Shown here piece by piece: positions 1-9,532 of a stretch of 64,000 nucleotides of DNA (position 1 is the first letter of the stretch; every line of letters starts with the position of its first letter). The translations under genes were made by a program, and so were the position numbers. Origin of the DNA: Candidatus Latescibacterota bacterium (GTDB lineage Bacteria; Latescibacterota; UBA2968; UBA8231); assembly GCA_965203355.1 (NCBI GenBank), contig OZ241889.1, forward strand, positions 3,616,001-3,680,000, written 5' to 3'. The notes under the pieces were generated by a model, which ran no database searches, had not been told where the DNA came from, and saw only the letters and a program-made list of their open reading frames with translations.

Positions 1-590
1 CGCAAGCCGCCACCGAGAGCGTGGTCATTCGCGTCGCCGGTGCCGAGGTTGAGCCGGTCTCCCTAAAGCTGTTGCCCGACTCGCTAGTAGCGGAACTGCC
101 GCAAGTCGTCCGGCGACAAGAGGTCGAAATCGACCTACGAGTCAACGTATTCGCCAGTCCCTATCTCTTTTCGGCCTTTGTCGGCCACACCGACGAGCTG
201 GAATTCTGGCAGCAGGTCGATCCGGCCGGGCGGGCGGCCACCACGGTATTTCTACCTGAAGTGCCCGCGTCCGCGCGCCTGCTCGACAAAGTCGCTATTT
301 CGCCTAAGGTCCTCACGCCCAACGGCGACGGAATCGGCGACCACGCCTATATTCGCTTTGCGGTGTTAAAGACAGACGCCCCGATAGCCGTCGATATTTA
401 CGCGCTCGACGGGCGGCTGGTCGGCGCGTTGGCTGGCGGCCGCCGTAGCGACGGCTACCTCGTCTATGCGTGGAATGGCGCAGACGCCGAGGGCCGGCGC
501 GTACCCCCGGGAATATACGTGTGCCGCATCCAAATCAGCGCCCAAGCCGCAGTCCAAAACTCGGCGCAAATCATCCATGTAGCGTACTAG
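1..590 (+). CDS. 3' part of a secreted protein with C-terminal FlgD Ig-like domain (begins upstream of the window)
   Basis: Motifs 'SPKVLTPNGDGIGD', 'IYALDGRLV' and 'WNGADAEGRRVPPGIYVCRI' are typical of FlgD_ig / gliding-motility C-terminal domains. Confidence 0.7.
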   Translation, partial: QAATESVVIRVAGAEVEPVSLKLLPDSLVAELPQVVRRQEVEIDLRVNVFASPYLFSAFVGHTDELEFWQQVDPAGRAATTVFLPEVPASARLLDKVAISPKVLTPNGDGIGDHAYIRFAVLKTDAPIAVDIYALDGRLVGALAGGRRSDGYLVYAWNGADAEGRRVPPGIYVCRIQISAQAAVQNSAQIIHVAY

Positions 591-648
591 CAAAATGGCA
601 GCTAGCTCCTAGCGCATTCGCCAAAGCCTCTTGAGGGAGGGGTATCTC

Positions 649-3282
649 ATGTATTTGTCTCGCATCCGATCGGTATTGTGTACAGCGCTTGCGTTGTTGG
701 CGCTAGACTGGAGTAACGCTCCGGCTCAGTTGACTACGGGCTATCGACCCATAGCCGAGCCGGGAATTTACGGGGTGCGAATCCATCCCGGTGCCCTAGC
801 ACCCAACCGCCGCAAATTCTACCTACCGCAAAACCTTTTCTACGAATACGGCTGGCGGGGCTGGGAGTACAGCAACTACGCCCGCGATGAGTACGAGCGC
901 TACGTCGATATACAGCTAGAGGGCAACCGCCATTACGATGCCTTCGGCAACTACATCGCCCGCGGCTGGACGATCTACGACTGGACCGAGAACAACCCCC
1001 TGCGCCAAGGCAGCGGCATCTTCAAAAGCCCGCGCTACAGCAGTTGGTTCGACCGCGTGGTGATCTCGTCTGCCCACAAGGGCCAGTTCCACACCGCGCT
1101 GACCGTAGGCGACGCCATTCGCACCACCCTGACCCCACTGACCTTCTCCAAGCCGACCTTCAACGGCATCCAGTGGGACTTCCTATCCGATAAGTACGCG
1201 TTCACGTTTCTCGGCTCGCGCATTAGCTCGCCGGCCAATCCGGCCGCAACCCAGTCCGAAGCCCCCGCCCTCGTGGAAAACTCCACCCGCCTGCTCGGCG
1301 GCCGGGGCGTGGCCCAAGTGGGCGACTTCGCCAAGGTAGGGGCGACATGGGTCAGTGCCCATAACGCGCGGAGCACCCTCGGCATGGGGGACAATTCGCT
1401 CAAGGGCGTCTTGACCACGCCGCAGAACACGGGCAGCGTCGAGACCGTGACGATCCTCATCTCAGACGATTCGCCCGAGTCGAGCGACAACGGCGCACTC
1501 CTGTTTTTCGATCGAGTGCTGATCGACGGCGAGATTCACCCGGAAATCACCCCGATTGTCCGCGGCGGGATCCGCGTCGGCGGCAGTTTAGAGGCGAGGG
1601 GGGTGGACAGCATCGAACTGATCTACGACATCCGCAACAGCTTCCGGCCCACTGAAAAGGTGCCGACCTATCAAGAGGCGAGCAAAATCGAGTTTGAGTT
1701 GATCTTGGCCAACGATTACCGAGTGGCCGTCACGTCCAACGTGCAGACCGATCGCTTGGGCGACCCGGTTTTTTTGCCCGTGGCCCAAGCCGAAGGCGAA
1801 ATATCCGACGGGTCGAACCAACAGTTTTTGCGCTTTGAGTACGGGTTGCCCACCGGCAGCGATGTAATCGGGGTAGACTTCGAGATTCTGAGCCTCGGCG
1901 GGCTAGACCTGCGCGCCGAGTTCGTCCGCAACCGACGCTTCCGGCGCTTCCCCAACCAAAACCTAGCGCAACACACCCTCGCCGAAGACAAAGGAGAGGC
2001 CGGTTATATCACCGCGTCTTATACCTCTTATCCGTGGTTTGCCTACGGCGAGATGTTCACCATGGACCCCGATTACAGCACGACCGCGTTCATGGCCAAC
2101 TCGCTGGGCGGCATTGATTACAGCAGCGAGATTTTTCACCTCTTCGAATTCGTCGATGACAACGACGACCAAGACCGCTTTGCCGACTGGCAACGGGCCG
2201 GTCAATTCGGCAGCGGGGTGGGTGCTTCAGGCGGCTCAGTGGGTTCCGATTTAGAAGTATTCCCCGGGCTAGACGAGAACAACGACTTCGTCTCCGACTT
2301 CAATCAAAACCGCAACTCGCGGCCAGACTACGACGAGCCTTTCCTGCGCTACGCGGTCGATCCGCCGGCTTTCCTGTTCGGCATGGACATGAACAACAAC
2401 ACCCTGATCGACCGCTTTGAAGACGACCGTCAGCCCGACTATCCCTACGACCGCGATCACCGGGGCTACAATGCCTACGGCGGCCTGATGCTCAACGAGG
2501 ATGCACAGCTAACCTTGGGCCGCTTGAGCGAACGCCAGCTAAGCTCAGCGCGTCAGAGCAAGGCCAACTACGGTTTGTTCACCGTGCGCTGGAACTTCCC
2601 GGGCCTGCAGATCGCGCTCTTTGAGCACGCGAAACTCGTGTCGGACAACATCCCGGAAGACCGTCTGCGTTGGCTAGACCCAACGGGCCGGACGGACTTT
2701 ACCGATCCGCTCGACAACCAAAACACTTTCGTCAACAGCATGTACTTGCAGGCAAACTACAACCGCATCCGCAACTTCAGCGCAACCGCCAAGGTCAAAC
2801 ACGAGATTTTCAACCAGCGCGGTGAGCAGACCGACAAGCGCGACCGTTCGTTTTTCGGGCTGATTACCAAAGCCGACTACATCATTCCCATCGGCGCGGA
2901 CCTGACCATCTGGCCCAAGTGGAAGAGTACCTTCAGACGCGAGACGCCCACCGATCCAGCGCAGGCCAATATCCGCGAGCTAGAGGAAACCCTGTTCTTG
3001 ATTGCACGCTATGCGATCCTCGAACAGACTTGGATCGCGCTCGGTCTAGAGTTCAGTTGGTTTGAGAACTTACGCGACCGGCCGGCCGAGCTACAAGTCG
3101 GTTATATCGAGGACTTTACCAGCCGCGTCTATTCGATTCTGTTCTCAAATACTTCGGCCTATTTGGGCTACCAACTGACCTTAAATGCGGGCCTTCAGCT
3201 AGAGGAGCAAAACTTCGAGGCTGAACAGCGCAACACCTCGCTCGGCTTCATTCGCATCTTTGCCAGCACTGGGCAGGAGTAA
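649..3282 (+). CDS. Large exported protein of unknown function with acidic Ca-binding-like loops and a beta-strand-rich C-terminus (possible outer-membrane protein)
   Basis: 883-aa ORF from 631; GAGGAGG RBS before ATG 649; signal peptide; DDNDDQD, DENNDF and DMNNN loops; alternating hydrophobic C-terminal strands. Confidence 0.6.
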   Translation: MYLSRIRSVLCTALALLALDWSNAPAQLTTGYRPIAEPGIYGVRIHPGALAPNRRKFYLPQNLFYEYGWRGWEYSNYARDEYERYVDIQLEGNRHYDAFGNYIARGWTIYDWTENNPLRQGSGIFKSPRYSSWFDRVVISSAHKGQFHTALTVGDAIRTTLTPLTFSKPTFNGIQWDFLSDKYAFTFLGSRISSPANPAATQSEAPALVENSTRLLGGRGVAQVGDFAKVGATWVSAHNARSTLGMGDNSLKGVLTTPQNTGSVETVTILISDDSPESSDNGALLFFDRVLIDGEIHPEITPIVRGGIRVGGSLEARGVDSIELIYDIRNSFRPTEKVPTYQEASKIEFELILANDYRVAVTSNVQTDRLGDPVFLPVAQAEGEISDGSNQQFLRFEYGLPTGSDVIGVDFEILSLGGLDLRAEFVRNRRFRRFPNQNLAQHTLAEDKGEAGYITASYTSYPWFAYGEMFTMDPDYSTTAFMANSLGGIDYSSEIFHLFEFVDDNDDQDRFADWQRAGQFGSGVGASGGSVGSDLEVFPGLDENNDFVSDFNQNRNSRPDYDEPFLRYAVDPPAFLFGMDMNNNTLIDRFEDDRQPDYPYDRDHRGYNAYGGLMLNEDAQLTLGRLSERQLSSARQSKANYGLFTVRWNFPGLQIALFEHAKLVSDNIPEDRLRWLDPTGRTDFTDPLDNQNTFVNSMYLQANYNRIRNFSATAKVKHEIFNQRGEQTDKRDRSFFGLITKADYIIPIGADLTIWPKWKSTFRRETPTDPAQANIRELEETLFLIARYAILEQTWIALGLEFSWFENLRDRPAELQVGYIEDFTSRVYSILFSNTSAYLGYQLTLNAGLQLEEQNFEAEQRNTSLGFIRIFASTGQE

Positions 3283-3567
3283 GCGGAAATCCATTGAGAC
3301 CGTCGATACACATTCTCCTTTGGACGCTGACGGCCCTAAACTGCGGACTCTTGCTTTCCCGCTCCAATCCTTGTAATTATCAACCGGGTGCCGTCATGTA
3401 CAGAAACCACTATCGCATTGATCTTAAAAGACGGCTGTAATTTTATCGTCGAGCCGTCTTCATTCATTCAAATCTGACCATTTCTTATTCCCCTCTCCGG
3501 GGCACAGCCAAACCAAAACTCACAGAAAGGAGGTTATAACCTAAAGGAATTAGTAGCCTACGTCGGG

Positions 3568-4209
3568 ATGAGTATTCCGATTAACTTCAAAACCAAAGGA
3601 GCACTTACAGTGGATACGCTGCAGCTAGTCCTGTCCATTGGCGTCGTAATGATAGGCATATGGTTTGTCTATGATTTACGACGCGAGATGAAGGATATAG
3701 GACTGATTCGGTCCTTCCACGTTTTCCCTGAGATGGGAAACAACGACCAATCCGCCATCGCTCGTGTAGTAGAATTACTTAGGGAGGCGGACAGCAAACT
3801 CGAAGTATTCGATGACGGCGACTCATTCCCTGCGTCAACGTACAACGACCAATCATTTCTCAAGGCCGTGAAGGAAAAACTTCAAAACAACCCCAATTTT
3901 CGGATTCGATGCTTCTTTAATTGCGATGACTCTGATTTGGAATTTACCAAGATGTTCAGGGATGATCCACAAGTAGAGATTTATGTTCGGAAAGACGGAT
4001 CAAGGCCACCGGACAGGCACTACAAAATCATTGATGAAGGAAAAAAAGCCTATCTGTCGAAGCACAGCTTAGGGCACCATGTACGAAGGTACAAAGAAAT
4101 TACTCGTGCTGAATTGTCCCTAAGCCAAGAAGCCCGCGCATCCGAACTCCTTTTCGGAGACCTTCGTCAGCAAGTCGAAAGATTTAGAAGAATTGGAGAG
4201 CATAGTTAA
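3568..4209 (+). CDS. Membrane-anchored hypothetical protein with a possible PLD-like domain
   Basis: 213 aa; N-terminal TM helix; 'HYKIIDEGKKAYLS' resembles a degenerate HxK..D motif; AT-richer than flanks. Confidence 0.5.
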   Translation: MSIPINFKTKGALTVDTLQLVLSIGVVMIGIWFVYDLRREMKDIGLIRSFHVFPEMGNNDQSAIARVVELLREADSKLEVFDDGDSFPASTYNDQSFLKAVKEKLQNNPNFRIRCFFNCDDSDLEFTKMFRDDPQVEIYVRKDGSRPPDRHYKIIDEGKKAYLSKHSLGHHVRRYKEITRAELSLSQEARASELLFGDLRQQVERFRRIGEHS

Positions 4210-4520
4210 TGCAGTCTATGTACCCAGAGTTTCCACCGCCCCAGCTTTATATCCTACTGGCTATCTCAACTACACTGCTTGGGATCGCGGTGTCGTATCT
4301 GTCAAGTTCCAAACAAAACCTTAAAGGAACTGATATACTCTTTCTTTTAGCTTGGTTGCATGTAACCATAAGTGTCATGGACGTGGCCTTCCGTGAGGGA
4401 GGCGAAGGGTTGTGGGGCTATGTGATTCCTCATCTGCTCATCTTGGTATCTTTCATTTATAGCCTTACGCGAATAGTTCGCATGGCGAAGGGACGAGCTA
4501 AAGAAGACGCCCTCTCGTAA
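4209..4520 (+). CDS. Small three-TM membrane protein
   Basis: 103 aa with three hydrophobic segments; TAATG stop/start overlap with the upstream gene. Confidence 0.55.
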   Translation: MQSMYPEFPPPQLYILLAISTTLLGIAVSYLSSSKQNLKGTDILFLLAWLHVTISVMDVAFREGGEGLWGYVIPHLLILVSFIYSLTRIVRMAKGRAKEDALS

Positions 4521-4624
4521 CTCAAAAAAGATTGAACTTGCTACGCACTCCCAAAAGACGTAATATAGGCGTCTTAAAGGATGAATCGTTGCTAGCCTTA
4601 TCACTAATCCCACGGAGGGAACGC

Positions 4625-5551
4625 ATGAAAAAACTCCTTTTTCTTTGTTTCGTTTGCGCCGCAGCATTCGCCTTAGCCAGCCCGGCTAAGGCACACGTCG
4701 GTGCTGAGTATTTCATCCCAGGCGTACCCAATCCCAGTGCCATGACCATCGACGGCCTCGAAGACGATTGGGGCTGGCTAGATGAGGAATTTATCCTCAC
4801 CACCGAGGGCATGTTCACTGCTGGAGGCGAAACCATTGCCAAGGAAGACTACGACGTCAGCATTCTGATGGCGTGGAGTACGCCGCCGGACAATCGTTTC
4901 TACTTCTTCATCCGCGTTCAAGACGACACCCTGCGTCTGATCGAAGAAGACCAAAAGCGCTGGTGGAACGACGATTGCATCCAGATCACATTCGACCCAG
5001 ACCATTCGGGTGGCGACTTCTTGGGGGAAAACGTCGATCAGGTCCTCAACGCCCAGCGCTATCACCTGCGCGTCAAGCCGCTGCCGGGCCAGCCTGTGGC
5101 CTTCAACAGCCTGCTCGAGTACATCGACTTGCCGTCGATCGGCTGGAGTTCGGACATGTTTGAGGGCGAGCCTACGGGCGACATCTTCGAGATCGCCTAC
5201 ACGGTCAATCCGCCGGATGCCGAGCATTTCTCGACCAACGTCTCGTACACCTTTGAGTTCCGCAACGCCTTTTGGGACATCCACGGTGTAACCCAAGACG
5301 AGGCGGTTCGGCACATGTTTGCCGCCGACCAAGTAACCCACATCGGCGTACGTCCGCTCGATGGCGACGGCGGTGAGACCGGGGCCAAGCACCAACTCTA
5401 TCCGCTGGGCGGCTCCACGGGTCAGGACCAGAAGGGCGATCAGATGCTCGACTACATCCTGCTGGAAGCCGACGAACCCGAGGAAATTACAGCCGTCGAA
5501 GCCACGAGTTGGGGTCGAGTCAAGAGCCATTTGAACAGACAGCTCGACTAA
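4625..5551 (+). CDS. Secreted DOMON/CBM9-like sugar-binding protein with C-terminal 'AVEATSWGRVK' tail
   Basis: GGAGG RBS and MKKLLFL...AKA signal peptide; 'TIDGLEDDW', 'FYFFIRVQDD' and 'WNDDCIQITFDPD' resemble CBM9/DOMON motifs. Confidence 0.6.
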   Translation: MKKLLFLCFVCAAAFALASPAKAHVGAEYFIPGVPNPSAMTIDGLEDDWGWLDEEFILTTEGMFTAGGETIAKEDYDVSILMAWSTPPDNRFYFFIRVQDDTLRLIEEDQKRWWNDDCIQITFDPDHSGGDFLGENVDQVLNAQRYHLRVKPLPGQPVAFNSLLEYIDLPSIGWSSDMFEGEPTGDIFEIAYTVNPPDAEHFSTNVSYTFEFRNAFWDIHGVTQDEAVRHMFAADQVTHIGVRPLDGDGGETGAKHQLYPLGGSTGQDQKGDQMLDYILLEADEPEEITAVEATSWGRVKSHLNRQLD

Positions 5552-5584
5552 GCAAGGCTGAATGGCATCAGCTATCTGGCCAAG

Positions 5585-5616
5585 CGAGGAGGGGCGGTTG
5601 CCCCTCCTCGTCTTGT
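5585..5616 (+). terminator. Probable intrinsic terminator hairpin
   Basis: Perfect 11-bp stem CGAGGAGGGGC-GGTT-GCCCCTCCTCG followed by TCTTGT, 33 nt after the stop. Confidence 0.6.
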
Positions 5617-5644
5617 ATTAGCCAACAAAGAAGCGAGGATAGCT

Positions 5645-6400
5645 ATGAAGACATTGGGTAGCGTACTCCTATTGCTAATCGCGCTCGCCGGATGCGGCTT
5701 GAAGTTTGGCTATCGGCACTTTTCCGGTCCGGTGGTACCCGCGGCAATCGCGGACGACAACTACTTGATCGGCGACGATCACAGCATCACTTTCGTCAAA
5801 GATCGCCTAGAAGTAGCGATGCTACCCATGTCGGCCGAGGCCCTGAACCGGCAATTCGCCGGCGTCTCAGCAGCCCCAGCCGGTTTTACCCTACCCAATC
5901 CCTACGCCGTGGCGACCAACCCCTACACCTATGGCGACTGGACGCCACCCGGCGAAGAGCAGGCGCCGACGCGGTTTACCGTTTTTTTAGTCAAGGTCAA
6001 AAACTACGCCTATCCCAAAGTCCGCCTAAATCCAGCCAACATCGAATTGATCGCCCCTAACGGGCGGCGATATAAGGCACTCACTCTTCTCGCCCTGACC
6101 GAGTACTATTGGCCTTACGCCCAGGCCTACGGCGGCAATGCGCGCAAGGGCTTTAAGGCGCGGCGCGACCTCTTGCAGCGCACTCTATTTGCCGACGACA
6201 TGATCTTCAGCGGCCAAGAGCAAGAAGGGTATTTGGTCTTTCCCCCGCTCGACCGCGACATCGAGGAATTTACGCTGTGGGTGCGCGAAATGGCCCTGAG
6301 ATTCGACTTCCGCGACGCGCCGGTGGAGACTGTCGATATCCCCTATGATTTCCAGCGCGAAGTGTACTACGCCCGCGCCCCACGCAAAAACGAGAGCTAA
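5645..6400 (+). CDS. Lipoprotein of unknown function
   Basis: Lipobox LAGC after a hydrophobic signal peptide; GAGG RBS. Confidence 0.65.
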   Translation: MKTLGSVLLLLIALAGCGLKFGYRHFSGPVVPAAIADDNYLIGDDHSITFVKDRLEVAMLPMSAEALNRQFAGVSAAPAGFTLPNPYAVATNPYTYGDWTPPGEEQAPTRFTVFLVKVKNYAYPKVRLNPANIELIAPNGRRYKALTLLALTEYYWPYAQAYGGNARKGFKARRDLLQRTLFADDMIFSGQEQEGYLVFPPLDRDIEEFTLWVREMALRFDFRDAPVETVDIPYDFQREVYYARAPRKNES

Positions 6401-6401
6401 G

Positions 6402-8096
6402 ATGGCGGCGCAGGCTATCGGTTGTTTGCTTCGGGGCATTATCGTTTGTCTCGGGGCCTTATCGCTCGCTGCCTGTAGTTCCCCCCAAAGCGACAAAAGC
6501 ATCGTAGCCCGCGTGGGTGAAGTCGCTATCACCTTCGAAGATGTACAGCGATTCAAAAGCGACATGCCTCCCCTCTTGCTCTCCGAGCGCGAGGGCGTCG
6601 CCGCACTCGAGGAATATCTCCAAGCCATGATCGACATGGAGCTCATGTTGCTAGAGGCACGAGGGAGGCAGCTCGATAGCGACCCAGATTTTATAGCGCA
6701 ATACGAACAGGCGCGAACAGAAAAGCTCTTCCAAGAATTCGTCAAGCAGGAAATCCAAGACAAAATCGAACTGCCGCCCGAGGAAATAAAGCGGCAGTGG
6801 GGGGCGAGCAAGTGGAATCGGCTCCTAAAACTCGCACGCATTCGCTCGAGTTCCGCCGACGAGGCCGCCCAAGTCGTGCGTGCCCTAGCGCGTGGGACCT
6901 CGTTTGAGGAAATGGCCGGCCAACCCCTGAGCTTCGAGCCGCCAGGAAATCTCCAAGGGGTGCAGAACGCCTATGTGGGACGAAACAACATCGAAGAGTT
7001 CGGGATTTCTCTTGATGTGGCCGAAGTCCTCTTCGAGCTCGCTAAAGGCGAGATTAGCGCGCCGTTAAAGGTCGAAGCCGGTTACGACATCTATAAGGTA
7101 TTGGACGAACGTCCCGCGCCAGCGAGCTATTACTTGATCTTTTCCCAAGGGACGCTAATGGCCGCCTTTGGCGAACGTCGGCGAGAACTCATTGCCGAAT
7201 TGATGCGGGAATACAAGGTCAAACTGGACCCTCATAGCATCTCCTATTTAGCCGCCATCGTCGCCCAAGACAATGTGGAAGCGATCGACCCGGAGGGCAT
7301 TGTGGGACGCTACGACGGGGGCCAGATAACGCTAGCGGATTTCCTAGCGCTCTACCCGAAAGTGCGACGGGTCGCCTCAGTGGGCACTGACAGTAGCGGT
7401 ATTGATGAGTTCGTCCGGCTCTACCTAGTGGCCGAGGTGCTCTTCCCCGTGGCAATCGAACGCCGCGGCTTGGCGCAGGAGCCAGCGATAGCCAACTGGT
7501 TGCGGATCAAAAAACGCGCGATGCTCATCGAAGAACTGCGCCACCGCGATGTAGAGGAACACATCGATCGGAGCGAAGACGTGCTTCGGCGCTACTACGA
7601 GGCCAATCTGCACCGCTTCATGGAAGATCGAGAAGTGACCGTGCAGGAGATTCTAGTTGCCACCCGCGAAGAGGCAGAAGCACTAGCGGCACGCATTCGA
7701 GCGGGTGAAGACATCGCGACCTTGGCTGCAAGCCACAGCATCCGCCAAGGCAACGACAAAGGCCGCTTTCACATCCACTCCTTCGAGCGGGTGGTTTTCG
7801 GCGAACTGTTGACAGAAGCCCTAGCCGCAGACGTTGGCGTGTTCACCGGTCCGGTGCCCATCACGGCGACCCCACATCGCCAAGAGGGGTTCTCGCTGTT
7901 TAAGGTGCTAAAAAAGACCCCGGAAAAGCCCAAGCCATACGACGCCGTGGTCAAACAAGTGCGCTACTGGTGGTCCAAGGGGGAAGAAAATCGCCTCTAC
8001 AACGAACTGATGGACCGCCTGCGGGAAAAGTATGCCGCACAAATCGCTATCCACGAGGATCACTTGGTGGCTATGTATGCCGCAACTCAGCTATAG
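6402..8096 (+). CDS. PpiC/parvulin-type peptidyl-prolyl isomerase lipoprotein (SurA/PrsA-like foldase)
   Basis: LAAC lipobox; 'IVARVGEVAIT'; 'VTVQEILVATREEAEALAARIRAGEDIATLAASHS' rotamase motif, with a second degenerate copy. Confidence 0.75.
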   Translation: MAAQAIGCLLRGIIVCLGALSLAACSSPQSDKSIVARVGEVAITFEDVQRFKSDMPPLLLSEREGVAALEEYLQAMIDMELMLLEARGRQLDSDPDFIAQYEQARTEKLFQEFVKQEIQDKIELPPEEIKRQWGASKWNRLLKLARIRSSSADEAAQVVRALARGTSFEEMAGQPLSFEPPGNLQGVQNAYVGRNNIEEFGISLDVAEVLFELAKGEISAPLKVEAGYDIYKVLDERPAPASYYLIFSQGTLMAAFGERRRELIAELMREYKVKLDPHSISYLAAIVAQDNVEAIDPEGIVGRYDGGQITLADFLALYPKVRRVASVGTDSSGIDEFVRLYLVAEVLFPVAIERRGLAQEPAIANWLRIKKRAMLIEELRHRDVEEHIDRSEDVLRRYYEANLHRFMEDREVTVQEILVATREEAEALAARIRAGEDIATLAASHSIRQGNDKGRFHIHSFERVVFGELLTEALAADVGVFTGPVPITATPHRQEGFSLFKVLKKTPEKPKPYDAVVKQVRYWWSKGEENRLYNELMDRLREKYAAQIAIHEDHLVAMYAATQL

Positions 8097-9435
8097 GGCC
8101 CTGGTTTTTTTTGCTAGCGTATTGCTTTGCGCTTGCAACGGCGACAGCGACCACTTAGCAGCAGCCAAGCGTCTAGCGGCAGCGGGCCAATACACCGATG
8201 CCGTGGCCGCGTGCCACCAAATACTCGCGGCCAATAGCCAGCACCTTGAAGCCCTCTTGCTCTTGGCCCGCCTCAATCTGATTCAAGGCCGTCTAGCACG
8301 GGCGGCGCAACTGGCCGAACAAGCCGTTCAGCTAGCCCCGGATCACGCCGATACCTATCTCCTTTTGGGCGACGTCTACATCCGGCAGCGACGCAACGCG
8401 GATGCTGCAATCATCTATCAAGAAGGGCTGCACGCGACCGTCGAGCGGGGCGACTTCTACCGCAAACTCGCCATAGCCTACGCCGACGACGGCCACTATA
8501 GCGAAGCCGTAGAAGCGCTTCAGCAAGCCCTCCAATACGCCGGCGACGCAGCCATCCACTACAATTTGGGCGTGGTGTATGAGCGGCAGGCGCGCTACGA
8601 CGAGGCCAGCCGCGCATTTGCCCGCACCACCGAGCTAGACACCTCCTATGGCGACGCTTATTTCCGGCTAGGGCAAATCCAAAGCAAGCAGGGCCTATTC
8701 GCGGAGGCTGCGGCCAACTTCGCACGCATGATCAGCTTGGACCCAAACTACGCCCCTCCCTACACTGGACTTGGTCAAGTCCGCCTGCAGCAGGGTCGCT
8801 TAGATGAAGCCGAGCGCCTTTTCAGTCAAGCCATTGCCATGGACCCCTTTGCGGGCGAAGCCTACCACCGACTTGGTACGCTCTTTTTGCGGCGGGGCGA
8901 TCAAGACCGCGGCGAGCCACTCTTGGCCATGTTCAAACGCATCCAACCCGTCAGTGCCGATATCGAGCGTTTCCGCTATATCCTCAAACTCTACCCCGAC
9001 GACGCCAACGCACACTACAACCTAGGGGTACTCTACGGAGGGCTTGGTCGCTACGCCGAGGCCGGCGTCGAGTACGCTGCGGCCTTGCGCATCAACGACC
9101 AAGACCTCAGCGCCCGCAACAACTTGGCCAACATTCTCCTGCGACAGGGACGCATTGACGAAGCGATCCACCACTACGAGATCGCGCTGGCACTCAATCC
9201 GCGCTATGCCCAAGGCTTTAACAATCTGGGCTCGGCTTATCTGCTGAACGGCGATTTGCAGCAAGCCGTCCAAGCTTTTGCCAAGGCACTCAAGCTAGCA
9301 CCTGACAATGCCGACACTCACTTCAATCTCGCCCGTCTTTACAAAAGCCAAGGGCTAGAGGCAAGGGCCACTGCTGAGATGAAGATCTACAATCAGCTTG
9401 TACAGGCTGCCCAAAAAAAAGCACACCGTGAGTGA
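8077..9435 (+). CDS. Tetratricopeptide-repeat lipoprotein
   Basis: Many TPR motifs (AHYNLGVLY, ARNNLANIL, GFNNLGSAY); LCAC lipobox. Confidence 0.8.
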   Translation: MPQLSYRALVFFASVLLCACNGDSDHLAAAKRLAAAGQYTDAVAACHQILAANSQHLEALLLLARLNLIQGRLARAAQLAEQAVQLAPDHADTYLLLGDVYIRQRRNADAAIIYQEGLHATVERGDFYRKLAIAYADDGHYSEAVEALQQALQYAGDAAIHYNLGVVYERQARYDEASRAFARTTELDTSYGDAYFRLGQIQSKQGLFAEAAANFARMISLDPNYAPPYTGLGQVRLQQGRLDEAERLFSQAIAMDPFAGEAYHRLGTLFLRRGDQDRGEPLLAMFKRIQPVSADIERFRYILKLYPDDANAHYNLGVLYGGLGRYAEAGVEYAAALRINDQDLSARNNLANILLRQGRIDEAIHHYEIALALNPRYAQGFNNLGSAYLLNGDLQQAVQAFAKALKLAPDNADTHFNLARLYKSQGLEARATAEMKIYNQLVQAAQKKAHRE

Positions 9436-9532
9436 AGAACAGCTAAGCTTGCTGCTCTACGGCACCGCAACCATCTCCGGGGCGGTCGTTTCCACTCGAC
9501 ATGAGCAACGTCCCTAATTGGCAGGAGTAGCC

